A stretch of 64,000 nt of DNA, taken from Callorhinchus milii (lineage: Eukaryota). Below the pieces are notes generated by a model, which saw nothing but the letters and a program-made list of their open reading frames with translations, was not told the DNA's origin and searched no databases. How positions within the stretch are numbered: the stretch's first letter is position 1; each line of letters begins with the position of its first letter. This document shows, in pieces, positions 1-12,300 of this stretch. The position numbers and the translations under genes are program-made. The stretch lies in contig NW_024704743.1 in NCBI RefSeq assembly GCF_018977255.1, forward strand, positions 20,586,001 through 20,650,000, given 5' to 3'.

Positions 1-967
1 TAATGATCTGGACTTGGGCATAGGGAGCACTATTTCCAAGTTTGCAGATGATACCAAGTTAGGTAGGGTAGTAAATAGTGAAGAAGGTTGTGATGGACTG
101 CAGGCAAACATACACAGAATGGTGGAATGGGCAGACATGTGGCAGATGGATTTCAATGTAGATAAGTGCGAGGTGATACACTTAGGTAGGAAAAATGATA
201 GGAGGCAATATAGGCTTGGTAGCTCAATTTTAAGGGGGTGAACGTACAGAGAGATCTGGGCGTTCAAGTAAGCGATTCATTGAAGGTGGCAGAGCAGGTA
301 GATAGGGCAGTAAAAAGGGCATTTGGTGTACTGAGCTTCATTAGTAGGGGCATAGAGTATAAGAGTAGGGAGGTTATGCTTAATCTGTACAAAACACTGG
401 TTAGGCCTCAGCTGGAGTACTGCGTCCAGTTCTGGGCACCTTACCTCAGGAAGGATATTAAGGCACTGGAAAGGGTGCAGAGGAGATTCACGAGAATGAT
501 ACCAGGAATGGGGAAGCTTAGCTATGAGGACAGGCTGGAAAAGTTAGGACTTTTCCCATTAGAGCAGAGAAGGTTACGCGGGGACCTGATAGAGGTCTTC
601 AAGATCATTAAAGGTTTCGACAGGCTAGATAGGGAAAAGCTGTTTCCGCTGGTAGGTGTGTCTGTGACTCGTGGTCACAGTCTTAAGGTATCTACCAAAA
701 GAAGCAGAGGGGAGGTTAGAAGAAATATTTTCACTCAGCGAGTTGTTAGAATTTGGAATGATCTGCCCGAAAGGGCAGTGAAGTCCGATTCGATAACAGC
801 TTTTAAGAGAGAACTGGATAGGTATCTGGAGAAGACAGGTTTGCAGGGTTATGGGGAGAAAGCTGGTGAGTGGGTTAATAAAAGTCAGTTGCTCTGTCAA
901 AGAGCCGGCATAGACTCGATGGGCCGAATGGCCTCCTTCTGTGCCGTAACATTCTATGATTCTATGA
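1..967 (+). mobile_element. CR1-clade LINE, 3' part of ORF2 (RT) plus 3' UTR
   Basis: ORFs 14-241 and 238-1014 give KFADDTKLG, WQMDFNVDKC, LYKTLVRPQLEYCVQFWAP, RRLRGDLIEVFKI and TRGHSLK, with a frameshift near 238. The element ends in the CR1-type (ATTCTATG)n tail at 951-967. Confidence 0.95.
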
Positions 968-968
968 A

Positions 969-1165
969 ATGTGGCACCCAATTGCACACAGCAGTGTCCC
1001 ACAAACACTCATGAATTGAGTGACCAAATTATTTATTTAAGGAATTATTACCCCTGGAAAAGTGATCCACAAATCAACTAACAACTGGGTTCCTACTTAC
1101 TGCTAGGTAAACAGAGGCGTGTGGAATAAGGAAACTTGCCCATAGTTTCACCCTGCCGGGAATGC
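969..1165 (-). mobile_element. tRNA-derived SINE, long form, partial (3' side cut at the CR1 tail)
   Basis: Reverse complement of the SINE body (gggttcctacttactgctaggtaaacagaggcgtgtggaataaggaaacttgccc). Confidence 0.85.
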
Positions 1166-1227
1166 TTGCGATGGCAATGATGGCTATGGCAATGATATGT
1201 GTCTGAAACTTGATGCGTGCCCTATTT

Positions 1228-1395
1228 CAACAACAACAAAATTATATTTGTGAAGTGCCTTTCACGTTGGGAGGAAGTCCCGAGGTGCTGAACAGTCGGG
1301 GATCAGGAAGCCAAGTGTGGGGGGGAGGTAGGGGTTGGGATGAGGGAGGGCAGAGAGGTAGGAGGGTGACTGAAGGCATGGTCGAAAAGGGGGGA
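1228..1395 (-). mobile_element. L2 LINE 3' end fragment
   Basis: (CAA)n tail followed by gcctttcacgttgggaggaagtccc, matching the 3' end of the larger L2 copy at 16703. Confidence 0.7.
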
Positions 1396-2092
1396 GGGGG
1401 GGTGTTTCACTCCAGAACAAACAAATGCAAGGGTTATTAGTACTGAAAGAAAATCAGAGCTCCTCAAGTTGTATTGCAACTTTGAGTGAGAAGTGCAGGT
1501 TATATCAGCTCATATCTGCCAAAGTGGCATTCGCCGAGGATCAATTTTTAGTTGCTGCATCACTTCTACTTTGCATCCACAGTAGTAGACAGAAAAGGCA
1601 GCATCAGATTTATGAATCAAGCACATTCTATCTTCCATCCCCTCTCACTCAGTCGTAACCTTTCCTGTCGCTCTTTATTTGATCACTGTGCCTCAGAACT
1701 TTCCTCCCAAACTTTTGTTTTTCCCATTACATGGGAGTTCGGGCTCGTGGACAAACATTTGTAAATCAGGGCTTGGAATCTAACTTCACTGGTATGCAGA
1801 GAAATAAGAAGCTACTGCTCAAGCTCCGCAACTCCAGCTGATGGAACAATGGTAGGGATGTGTGTCTGAGTGAGCAGGAAGTAGATGGCAATGCTCTTAC
1901 ACATTTCATATTTCCTGCTGCCCACCAGGAAGTTCACACCGAGTTCCTGGTACCTGCCATCCCTCTAGTGAGGGCTCAAACCTGTGCCTGTTGGATGTGA
2001 AATGACCAATTGGTGCCTATTCTCATGCGGGTGGGTGGGGGAGTGGTTCCGTGGGGTCTCCTTGGAACTAAACTGCAAGGTGACATGCTTGG

Positions 2093-2212
2093 CAACAGAA
2101 TGTTGGAATAGCGTCAACCCTGTCTCGCTTGTCCAGTTCCTGAGCCAGGCAGGCCCACAGTACTCCAAGGCACTGCTGATGATGGCCCTGCCAGCTGGTT
2201 CATCGGCAGGAT
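2093..2212 (+). repeat. Dispersed structured repeat, copy 1 of 3 (also ~23912-23992 + and ~32362-32497 -)
   Basis: Shared core gtccagttcctgagccaggcagg(t/c)cc(g/a)cagta(t/c)tcca(g/a)ggcactgctgatga...gccag..ctgg(c/t)tcatc. Confidence 0.75.
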
Positions 2213-5200
2213 TTTGAGGAGCATGTCACTGAGGGCAGATATTCTTCCTACTTATCTCCTGTTAACCCTGCAAGCCAACGATCTTTTTCTAAATTCCAGT
2301 TTCCCAATCCAAATCTATTCTTTTATCAGGTTCTTAGAAGCTAAAAACATGCCTATTTTTGTTCTCCCAGCAGTAATATCTCCAGCAGAGTCTTATCTGG
2401 ACAAGCATCAGGAAAGGCTTCCCAGACAGCAATATCAATGGCAAGCTATGTGGTTTCACTGGTTAAACTCCAGCAGTACCCCCCAATACATATTCTGGGG
2501 TGCCAAAGCCTTGGCTCTTGCTAATCTACACTTAATAGTCTCCCAAATTAGGTAAACAGATGCATTCCTCCAGGAACAGAGTCCCCAAATTCATTCCAAA
2601 CACAGGAATTTCCATGAGTAGGTGACAGGCATGGAACTTTCAGACTGGTTCGAATACCCTTAAGCCTGGTGATGTGTTTCCACATGTATCAGACATCTGG
2701 CTGACCAAAAAAAATGCTTCCTTGAAGCTTTTAATCTTAATGCTCTATCTAGGTTCTAAATAAAAAAATGCTAGCATTTCAGTATTTAAGAACTCTTTTA
2801 AAAAAAAATTTGATGTTGAAGGTCACTTTCAAGGGTTGATGAGGGTAAATTATAACAATAAATAATAATCCTTGCATTTGATATAGCACCTTTCACATTG
2901 GGAAGAAGTCTCAGAGTGTCACACAGGATACTGACTGTGTATTTTGTAGGTCATCAAATACTTGTGCACTTTTAACAGGAAAGAATGGTCAACAAAAAAA
3001 GTCTTAGTTAGTTTACACGTTGCTCAGCTTTACCTGATGGTACTTCTTCAGCACATTATGCATTTCCGCCACATCCTCACTGGAAATAGTTTTGACCACA
3101 TATCTTCTGTCATAGGTGGTGTGGAATCGAGCCCCACTTCGACCCTGAGAGTCATTTGAAAAAGGAGCACTCCGTGTCACTGAATTCTGCAAAGAAAAGA
3201 AAAGCCCTTCTTATCGAGCTCACAGAGTTCTGATCTGAGAGCATTACATTTTGGTCGACTGTGAATGGTGCAGAATTTTAGTGCCAATGCTGTGGTTCCT
3301 CTCAGACAGTGAGCTCCTGCTGCTAGTAGACAATGGCATTGGGAAGCAATGGGAAAAGGTTGATCAGGAATGATGTTGGCCTCTAAAAATGTACCACAAG
3401 GAATAGGGAGAAAGTATAGCTGGTGCAAATCAGTACATCACCACAGATAGCATCTATTCAATAAATAAAACAAATATTCAATTGAATATAAGCTATCATA
3501 TTGTTAGTCTGTTCTAGAAATTTGAACAACAAATTACATTTATAAAGCGTCTTTCACCTCAGGAGAATGTCCAGCCTTGAAGGGGAGAATGGTATTAAAA
3601 TCAGGCGATAATATTCTTTTTTTATTAGAGGGCTATAACAGCAGAGGGGACGAAAGCAGAAACGACATGGGTGGAAATTAAAATGAGCGTTTATCATTTT
3701 ATTTGTTTTTTTAAAAAATTATAAAAGTTGTTGTAAGAGGCAAACAAGTTATTAACTGGGCCATCAACTCAGCATACACAGAAATTAATATAGAAATGAA
3801 TAGGCAACAAGTAATAACTAGAACTGTGATTAACTGTTGAATTTGCTATTAGTTGAAGTTAAATACAGTACCTGTTTATGCACTAACAAATTTTTTGTTA
3901 GCAAATTATAACATGATAATCGTGAGGATTTCAATATCTAAGAATTAAATCAACTCCAGAAAGGAGAGGTGAACATAGAAATCATTTTGTAAAACATAAT
4001 CAGGTTCTGTTTCTTAAACCAACATGTCAAACAAAGTACCAAGCTATGAATTAAGACAGATTGGACAAGATTTAGCATTTTGTCATCCAATGGAACAGAT
4101 TAGCCATGTGGATATGAGAAACCATGTTTACTCTGGTGATCTTTATGCAATTAGATTTGATATTATTTGATAGGAATAAAAGATTGCTGTTGGCAAAGGC
4201 AGCAGATGTGCAGAACTTTAGAAGAGTAAACTCCGGACCTCCAAGTGCTGTAAAGAATGAGATGGGAAACAAGAAAATAGAACTTTTCAATGAAAATTTT
4301 AAATAAGCATGAGGACCACAAGCTTATTGGATAGGTAATACAGCTCCAGATATAGTCATAATTTAACCTTCTATTGCACCTTTATTCAAGGATGATAACT
4401 TTATTTGTGCCCTAGTGTTCTGGCTGGAGGCAGTCCAGAACTGTAAGACAGGATCAATTGTGCTGTCATATCATTCACAACGACATCTGTGCTTGGCCTT
4501 CCAAGTTAGTTGAATCATTGTCATTTTAATGTCTCCCTCCTCAAAGTGTAATTTCTTATTTATGTTTGTTTGTTTATCTCAGCCTCTGGAATCTCTCTCT
4601 CTTTATCTCTGTCACTGTCTCTCTCAAGACTTTGCTGACTTTGAATCAATAGCATGCCAAGTTTTCCTCTGCAGGAGAGATTATTGCATCTGACTCCTGA
4701 AAGAAAAACAGGGACCTTTTTGGCTTCTAAGAACAGGATGAAAGAATGGATTTGAAATCTGGAATTTAGAAAAAAAGACCATTGTTGTCCATCCTGCGGT
4801 TTAATGTTTATTTGAAAAATACTGCCTAACACCATCTTCCATTTCATACCCTTCACTCATTCAAAGATACTATCCTGCTTGAAGGGCACTATTTAAATAC
4901 AAATTGTTGTTGTTAATCATTCATCCTACCAAAAATCCAGCACCTATTTAAATTTGTTGACATTGCCCAATTCCACTGTTTGTGTCTGCTTCACACATTT
5001 CCTGCCCCCTGATGCTGTAACCCACTTAACATTCTGTAGATTAATTGCAAAGGCACAACTTTAGGTTTGCTCTGCTCCTCAAACCTTACACGCAAACTCA
5101 CATGCGCACGTACACACACTCACAGTATAAGGACGAGAAGCAAGAAAAATTAAAAAGAAAACCAATTGCTGATGAAATGCTCTGTAGAACGTGTCAGAGA

Positions 5201-8105
5201 TTTCTTGGTACTTTTAGCATCTGGATTCAAGCTAGTGACATATGGTGCTCTGAGTTGCTAACCTGCGTGAGGGGCACTATATAAATGCAAGTTGTTGTGG
5301 TTCCTGAGGCAGAGACAATGATGTGGCAACTTGGTGCATTTTAATATGAAGTTTCCATTAATCAAAACGAAACCTTTCCCAAGGGTAGATTTTCACACAG
5401 AGAGAAGATAGATTCCATGCAGACAGTTGCTCAGTGTTCATACTGTCAGTTTCATGAAAGCAAACACTCTCAAATTAGATTTACTTTTCCACTCTCTCAT
5501 ACCAAGCCAAGCCTCTGATTCCACCCTTAGTGATGCTTCTTCTGTCCAACTGTTTTTAATCACCAGTTTTTATCTCAACCTGATTTAGAGAGTGCGAGAT
5601 TAGAACGAGAAAGCAACTATAAAGTTTAAATCTAATATGAAAAAGTCTCAAGCAGGTCTAGAGAGATGAGAATGTTTCCTTTCTTCCCCGAAGCAATGAT
5701 TATATACAAGTCACCTTGTAAAAGCAACAACGACTTGCATTTAAAATAGGACCCTCCACGTGGGGTAGAGTTGGAGAGCTTGAGAGTGGAGCTTGACACT
5801 GAGCCTGGGAGAGAGGGAAGTTGACCATAAGCACAGTCGAAGAGGAAGGTCCTCTGGTGTGATCTGAAGGAGGACAACAAGGAGGGGGCAAGGCGGAGGG
5901 ATTGAGGCAGAGTTCCAGAGTCTCCGGAGTGGAGTGAATGAAGCAGTAAATGTCCTGGTTTATGCTTACAGAACTATATAGTTATTTACTGGAGAACAGC
6001 TTGAGTGGTGGAGATGGATGAATATTGCAACGTTTTGTGTGACTGTCTTTTGGGTACAGGAAATTCCCATGCAGAGATTTCTCCAAAGAGATTAAAGAGT
6101 AGGTTTAACGTAGCCATTGAAGGGAGTGGGTGTGATGAGCTTTTTTTTGTCAGGTTCTATTTGAACAGGCAGAAATACTGCCCTACTTTCTCCAAAGTTT
6201 TGGCTGAATCAGTGAAACCAGTCATAGCTCTAGTGTATGTTAGAATTCTTTGAGAGCAAAATATATTTATCATAAGAAAACAGCTGTCTTGTAATGTTTT
6301 GGCATAAAGCCAATAAACAAAACGAAATAGCGTCAACAATATTTTGAGTTATGGCCCAAAGTAGTTGTTCGTTATAACCTTATTTAAAAAAAATACTGTG
6401 TACAATTTGCTATAAAAGCACAGGGCTCCTATTACTCCAAATTAGTACTCCTGACTTGCAAGAGCTGTATTGGGGGGGAAAGTGCACCATAACATGCCGT
6501 GATAAAAGGTTAGCTTGTCGAATTTTCCTGTAAGTTGAAAAGGTCACAAAGGGTTTCCCCTCTGTGACCTTTTTATATTAAACTCCCAGAGCTTTGGGAC
6601 ATCCTCCTGACGTGAAAGGTACCATATAAATGCAATTTGTTGTTGTCATTGATGCACCGGGCTTCTCAAAGTAGCTTCACCATTAGACATACTGCAGTTT
6701 TGCTTACCCAGCCTGTTCTCATTGAACATCACTGCCCCCCTCCCACCCAGTCCCAAATGCCTTTTTGAAATAAATTCTGCACTTAACACAATTGACTGGA
6801 ATCCGAGGTTGGGTTTGTGGGGCGAGAAATAGAAAGGCTAAAGAAAACATGGTCAAAGAGGCAGTTTTTGATAGCCGTGAAGGAGGGGGCAAGGTGGAGG
6901 GACTCAAGGAGTCCAGAGACCAGGAGAGAGGTTGCCTGGCAATGGTAGGGTGGGGCAGGCCAGAGTTTGCTGACAGGAGGGAGAGGCCAGGGTAGGTAGG
7001 GCTACTGGAGGTCATAGTGGTTGGGTTGAGCGAGGCCTTAGAAGGACTAGAAAGGGAAGACAAGAAATTTTAATCCAGTCACTGGAAAATGGGAAATCAA
7101 TGAAGTTGAGGGGTGAGGGTGGGGGCGATGAGTTCTCAGATCCTGGTCCAGGAGAGAACATGGGTTATTGAGTGTGGAGAACTGGAGCTTAGGTAGGCAA
7201 CAATTGAATCCAACCATTAAGTGATAAAGGTGTGGATGAGGAAGCATGATTTATGGTAAAAATCAAGAAATGTTCAATTAAGAAAATTTATTTTGCTGGC
7301 TGACCTAAAAGGTTACCCTCCTACCCCTATCCTCCCTGCCTTCCACCCCTTCTGATCCAAAACCCCCAGCCAGGGTCCAAAACCCTAACTGTTCAGCGCC
7401 TTGGGAAGTCCTCCTGACGTTAAAGGCATTGTACAAATGTAATTTGTTGTTCGTCGTCGTTGTTGTCTTGAGAAAGACCTTGAAAGAGATGATGGATGGG
7501 GTGTCGGAGGGACTCCAGGATGGAGTTGCATAGAGTGGGAGGCAGCTAGGTTGAAAGCCCAATCGCCAGTGGTGGGGTACATTGGGCGAGGTGCCCACTG
7601 AGCAAAGGGAGCAGTCGGGTTGGTACAGCATGAAGAGGTTGCAGAGGTAGACTGGGACAAGAGTATGGTGTCCTTTAATATTCACCTCCAATTGCAAATT
7701 GGACGTTTCCAATATAAACAATATTTTTTGAAAAATAAACCAACTAATGAACTTTGAATTTTATAGCATCTAATTATATTAAAACATCTCAAAGTGATTA
7801 ATTACTGCCAAGAGCAGGGCCTTTTTTTTTTGCAACCACAGCAATTTTGTACAAACCCCATAGTGAATTGGTAAATGATCAATTTATCTAGAGGATTATT
7901 GGCCTGTCGTCTGAGAGGAAAACTCCCTTCTCTTTCCAAACAGGATCTTGGAAGCTTTAACATTCATCTGAACAGGCAGGTAAGGTAGCCTAGACTGTGA
8001 GACTTGAATCCCCAACCTTTGACCAAGACTGTCCCAGGTTGACATCCAAAGTTAGAAAGGTTAATAGCTATAGATTTTCAAATATATCTCATGTTGCAAA
8101 CATAT

Positions 8106-8345
8106 GGAGTCAGTGGTTGTAGCACTCGCTTCGCAAGCAAGAGACCTGGGTTCGATTCCCGGCAGGGCAAAATGTTGGGCAAGTTTCCACATGCCTCTGT
8201 TTACCTAGCAGTAAGTAGCTGTTAGTTGGTTGGCAAATCGCTTTTCCGGGGGTAATAATTCCTTCAAAAAAACTAACAATAATAAATTGGTCATTCAATC
8301 CACAACTGTTTGTGTGACACTGCAGTGAGCAAGGATTATTATTAT
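8106..8345 (+). mobile_element. tRNA-Ala-derived SINE, long form, internally deleted
   Basis: Head cagtggtt...gcactcgcttcgcaagc...ggttcgattcc (A and B boxes), body ctgtttacctagcagtaagtag, and a ggattattatt tail. Confidence 0.85.
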
Positions 8346-10249
8346 ATTAAAGGATCTCGCTGCCAGTTATTTTCTTTCAAGCAGTAAAATTATGAAAGAA
8401 TTCAATAACTTCAACGCTGAATATTTCTGAAAATATCTAATTCGTTTCAGTGAAAATTCTAGGTGGTCCTGGGCAAAGAAATGAAAATTGCTTTCAATAG
8501 TATTTTCCCGCACAAGCAGTAAAAAGATCACTGCTCATCTGAGGATGCCTTTTAAAACACATACATAATAAAAACAAAAGGGAGCAAAAGCAGACCTTGC
8601 TTTACAAAAGCTCTAGAAATTGCCCTTAACCAAATTTTTGACTTAAGGCCTATCACGCGCAGACTGAGTTCCAAACAAATGTTTGAAACAATTACATCCA
8701 CTGTTTTATACTATCATTTACAATATACAAAGAACATGCCAGTTAACTTGAGAAAAATAATCAACTTGTGACTGTTAGTTTTGAATTTTAAGATCACAAG
8801 TTAAAATGCTTTGGCAATGCGAAAGGGCTACAAGGGCCAACAGCTTGTACCTTTTTGGTGGGGTGGGAGATTTGAACCCCAGCTAGACATCTTTCCAACA
8901 ATAAGGGCAGGGAATAAGGACCAATGATTAGGTTTTCTACAGTCGTAGGATAAATATAGATAAACCAAGACTGAGGTGGATAGATCAAGTCTGAGGTGGA
9001 CAGATATTTGTTAGGTCAGGGCATCAAGGCAACGGGGTAAGAGTGGGTAATTGGAGCTGAGGTACAGATCAGCCATGATCTTATAGAATGGTGGAACAGG
9101 CTCGAGGGGCTGAATGTGTGTGCGTGTGTTTGTGTGTGTACGTACGTACGTACGTATGTATGTGAGAAAACAAGAAAGTCGATGTTGGAACAACCTAACA
9201 GTATCAAGTTGTCAAGCCTGAGACATTAAAAATAACTTCTAGGATGATGTGCTTGACGGTGGCCAGTGACCAATGGAACAGTAGAAGAAACTTACATTTA
9301 TATACTATAGCATCTTTCACGTAGAATGAACATCTCAAAGTGCTTCATTCCACGTGAACAGCAATACTATATCTTAACATGAATCACCTTTGAGGTTGGG
9401 GGTGGACGAGAAGCAGGAAAATATCAGGAGCTAACTCAATGTACAAAAAATGAGACAGAAGGACTCGGCAAAGTTAGTAAATTACTGTACTTTTCTTCAA
9501 GTATTTGCAGTAAAACTTTCAACAGATTCTAGATTTAACCCCACTTTTAGCAGGTATTATTAACATGTATTATTATTATGCACATTAGATTGAGGGACAC
9601 ATGTTGCAGAGAAAAAGGTTAAAATGCAAGAAATATTAGTGTTTGGGCAGTTTAGAAAAAAAATCAGCATTTATAACCACAGTTATGATTATATATATAT
9701 GACATGGTTATAGTGCGAGAAATAGATATTGTATGAATGAATACTTTGTACATGTATGAATACTTTTAGAAGAAAGAGTTTGTAAATTTAAGGTCCAACT
9801 TGTCACAGCATATTCCCGGAAGTGTAACCTTGGAAACGGAAGTTCTTGCTCCCAGTGACTGATGTCTGGCGTATGATGGAAACAGCACGAGAATACAGCT
9901 GAATAGGAAGAAGTCACACTCTAGTACCGTCAATGGGATTTAGTAAATGTTTGTCAAATGTTGTACATTTATGTTATGAAATCGTTAATGCTATGTAAAC
10001 ACTAAATGTCACTGTGTCTCCCAGATTAAGTAGAAGGAATTTATACTACAAATGGAAAGAGATTATATGAATATATATATATATGTATATATATTCATAA
10101 CGTATCAAATGTTCCAAGCGGCAATACTACCAAGTGACACCAGCGACATTTCTTGAGCACAACATGTATTAAATGACATCAGCAGCAATCCAACAGCTTT
10201 GTAGTCAGTCGGCCATTTTTAGGGCTGGAAGTGAATGTCGAATTTTAAT

Positions 10250-10530
10250 TGGACATCTGCAGTATTGTTGGCCAGCGTACTCCTACTAAGAAACTCCCTT
10301 CTCTTTTTGAATTGTGCTTTGGGATACTTAACAATTTTCCCGAACAGGCCAGAAGGAAACTCAGGTTAAAGTCTCTTCATCTGAAGGATGCCGCCTCAAA
10401 CAATACAGCGCTCCCCCAGCACTCTGTTTTAGTGTCAGTTTGGGCCGTGCAAGTTCAAAATCCTGTCATGAGCCTCGAGCCCATAATCCCTCTGATTTAA
10501 GAGGCAAAAGTGCCACCAAATGAGCAGACT
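10250..10530 (-). mobile_element. Old Deu-domain-like tRNA SINE fragment
   Basis: Reverse complement of the element at 41650 and 63740 (aactcccttctctttt...caggttaaagtctcttcatctgaaggatg). Confidence 0.6.
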
Positions 10531-11129
10531 ATCCATATTATTCTGCTTAATTGTCTTTCTTCCGCTGTACTGCATTACCACTGATGTGTGATGCATTCAC
10601 CATTCACTGGCTAAATTTAAATTAGATTCATTTTCAAATTGCCCCTCTGACCAACATTATGACCCTTGTGACTCATTATTTTTAAAATGAATGTAAGTTT
10701 GTTTCACTTGTGAAAAAGTCCTTTATAAATCATTCCTGATTCTCTTCCCCAATCACTTGAGAGTTGAAGCCCGCCTCCTCCCCCAAAGAATAAATTTGAT
10801 CATCCCAGTTCTCTGCTGCTGTGCACATTATGCAGTAATGGCCAGTTTGGAAGATCTGACAAACTATTCATCAAAAGAAACAACAGCAGGCAAGGAAATG
10901 ATCTAACATACTTCAATAACTATAAGAATGTGCCTTATAAGATTTGTGATTTATTCTAACGCGGGTACATTTTTATGGACACGTTTGGATAAATACTTTC
11001 AATTGTTTACAAATAAGAAGGGTAAAAATAACTTTAATTACTTGAGATGACAAGGTTAGAATCCAGGAAAATGTTGTTAAGAGTTACATCCCCTCCTAAG
11101 GCCCCCCGCCTTGCACACAAATAAACTAG

Positions 11130-12300
11130 GTGCTCTTATATAGCACCTTTCATACCTTGAAGAGCATTCCAGAGACAAAGTGGAAACCTGAGCAAGGGGG
11201 AAAATAAGGGGGTTTGGAACATTGGAATAGGCCATTCAGCCACTCCAGCATGTTAGTCTATTCTATTAGATTATGGGTTAGGAGGGTACAGACCAAAGGA
11301 AGAGCTGGATTTTTAGGCAGGTCTGAAAACAGGAAGGGGGAATAGAGGCAGATAGTTCCAGGAAGTAGGATCCCAGTGGCTGGAAGCTTGGTCACCAATA
11401 CTAGATGCGGGCAGTTAGAGTGCACAGTTGAATTTGAAGGAATTTGAAGGTTAGAATGAAGATCTTGAAGTCAATTCAGTGGAGGGACAGGGAGCCAGTG
11501 GAACCTGATGAGCATGGAGAGGACGGGCAAACAGAGCTAACAACAACAAATTGCATTTATATAGCGCCTTTCACATCAGGAGGATGTCCCAAGGTGCTGA
11601 GCCAAGTAGATATGAGCTGAGAGGTTTCTTGATGAGCTTGAGCATGGAGTGTCAAGCTACAGAGTCCAGTGAAAATACAGTTAAAAAACAATTCTGGAGG
11701 TGACAAAGGCATGAATGGGGGTTTCTTTTGTTTTGGGAGTAAGGAAGGGATGGAGGTGGAGAAAAGCAGTCTTGGTCAAAAGATTGGATATAGGGCTTAA
11801 AAGGTAGCTGAGGTTCAAACAAAATACAACATTGCACACTGTTTCCTGAAGTTGGGAGTAAGAAATCGGAGAATTGGAGCCAGAGGCAAAGAGGTGAGCC
11901 AGTGGGAACGACTAGGTTTGCTGGTGTGAATCACCAAAACTGTATGGTTTTAGTTTTGCTGATGCACACCTGAAGAAAGTTGAGGCTTATCCAGGTCTTA
12001 ACAGGTAGTTGTTCAAGACAGCAGTGGAGATAATAATGGAGACCGAGAGAGTGAGAGTTAGTTGTCACGAATGGGTAGCCTTCGATAAGACAGGCCCACA
12101 GTAGAACCACGAGGAACATCGCAAGTGAATATGCACCATGGGAGGCCCAGTTAATTGAGGAGACAAAATTAAATTGGTGGTCGGGTTGTTGGAGCGAAAT
12201 TAGGAGAGTGCCATGAAGATGGAGCAGGAAGAAATGATAATGATGGAAGAGGGAGTGGTCAATGGTGTTTGAAGGTAATGGAGAGGTCAAGGATAAAATT
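11130..12300 (-). mobile_element. Old degraded L2 LINE, with a nested younger L2 tail near 11540-11600
   Basis: ORF 11931-12290 ends in WISLNFLQVCISKTK, similar to the L2 RT motif WM.xNFLQLN.xKTE. L2-like 3' end near 11130-11160. Confidence 0.6.

Noticed and set aside
238..1014. 258-aa host protein-coding gene
   Set aside because: It is the CR1 ORF2 C-terminus, frameshifted from the upstream ORF and reading through the 3' UTR into a SINE.
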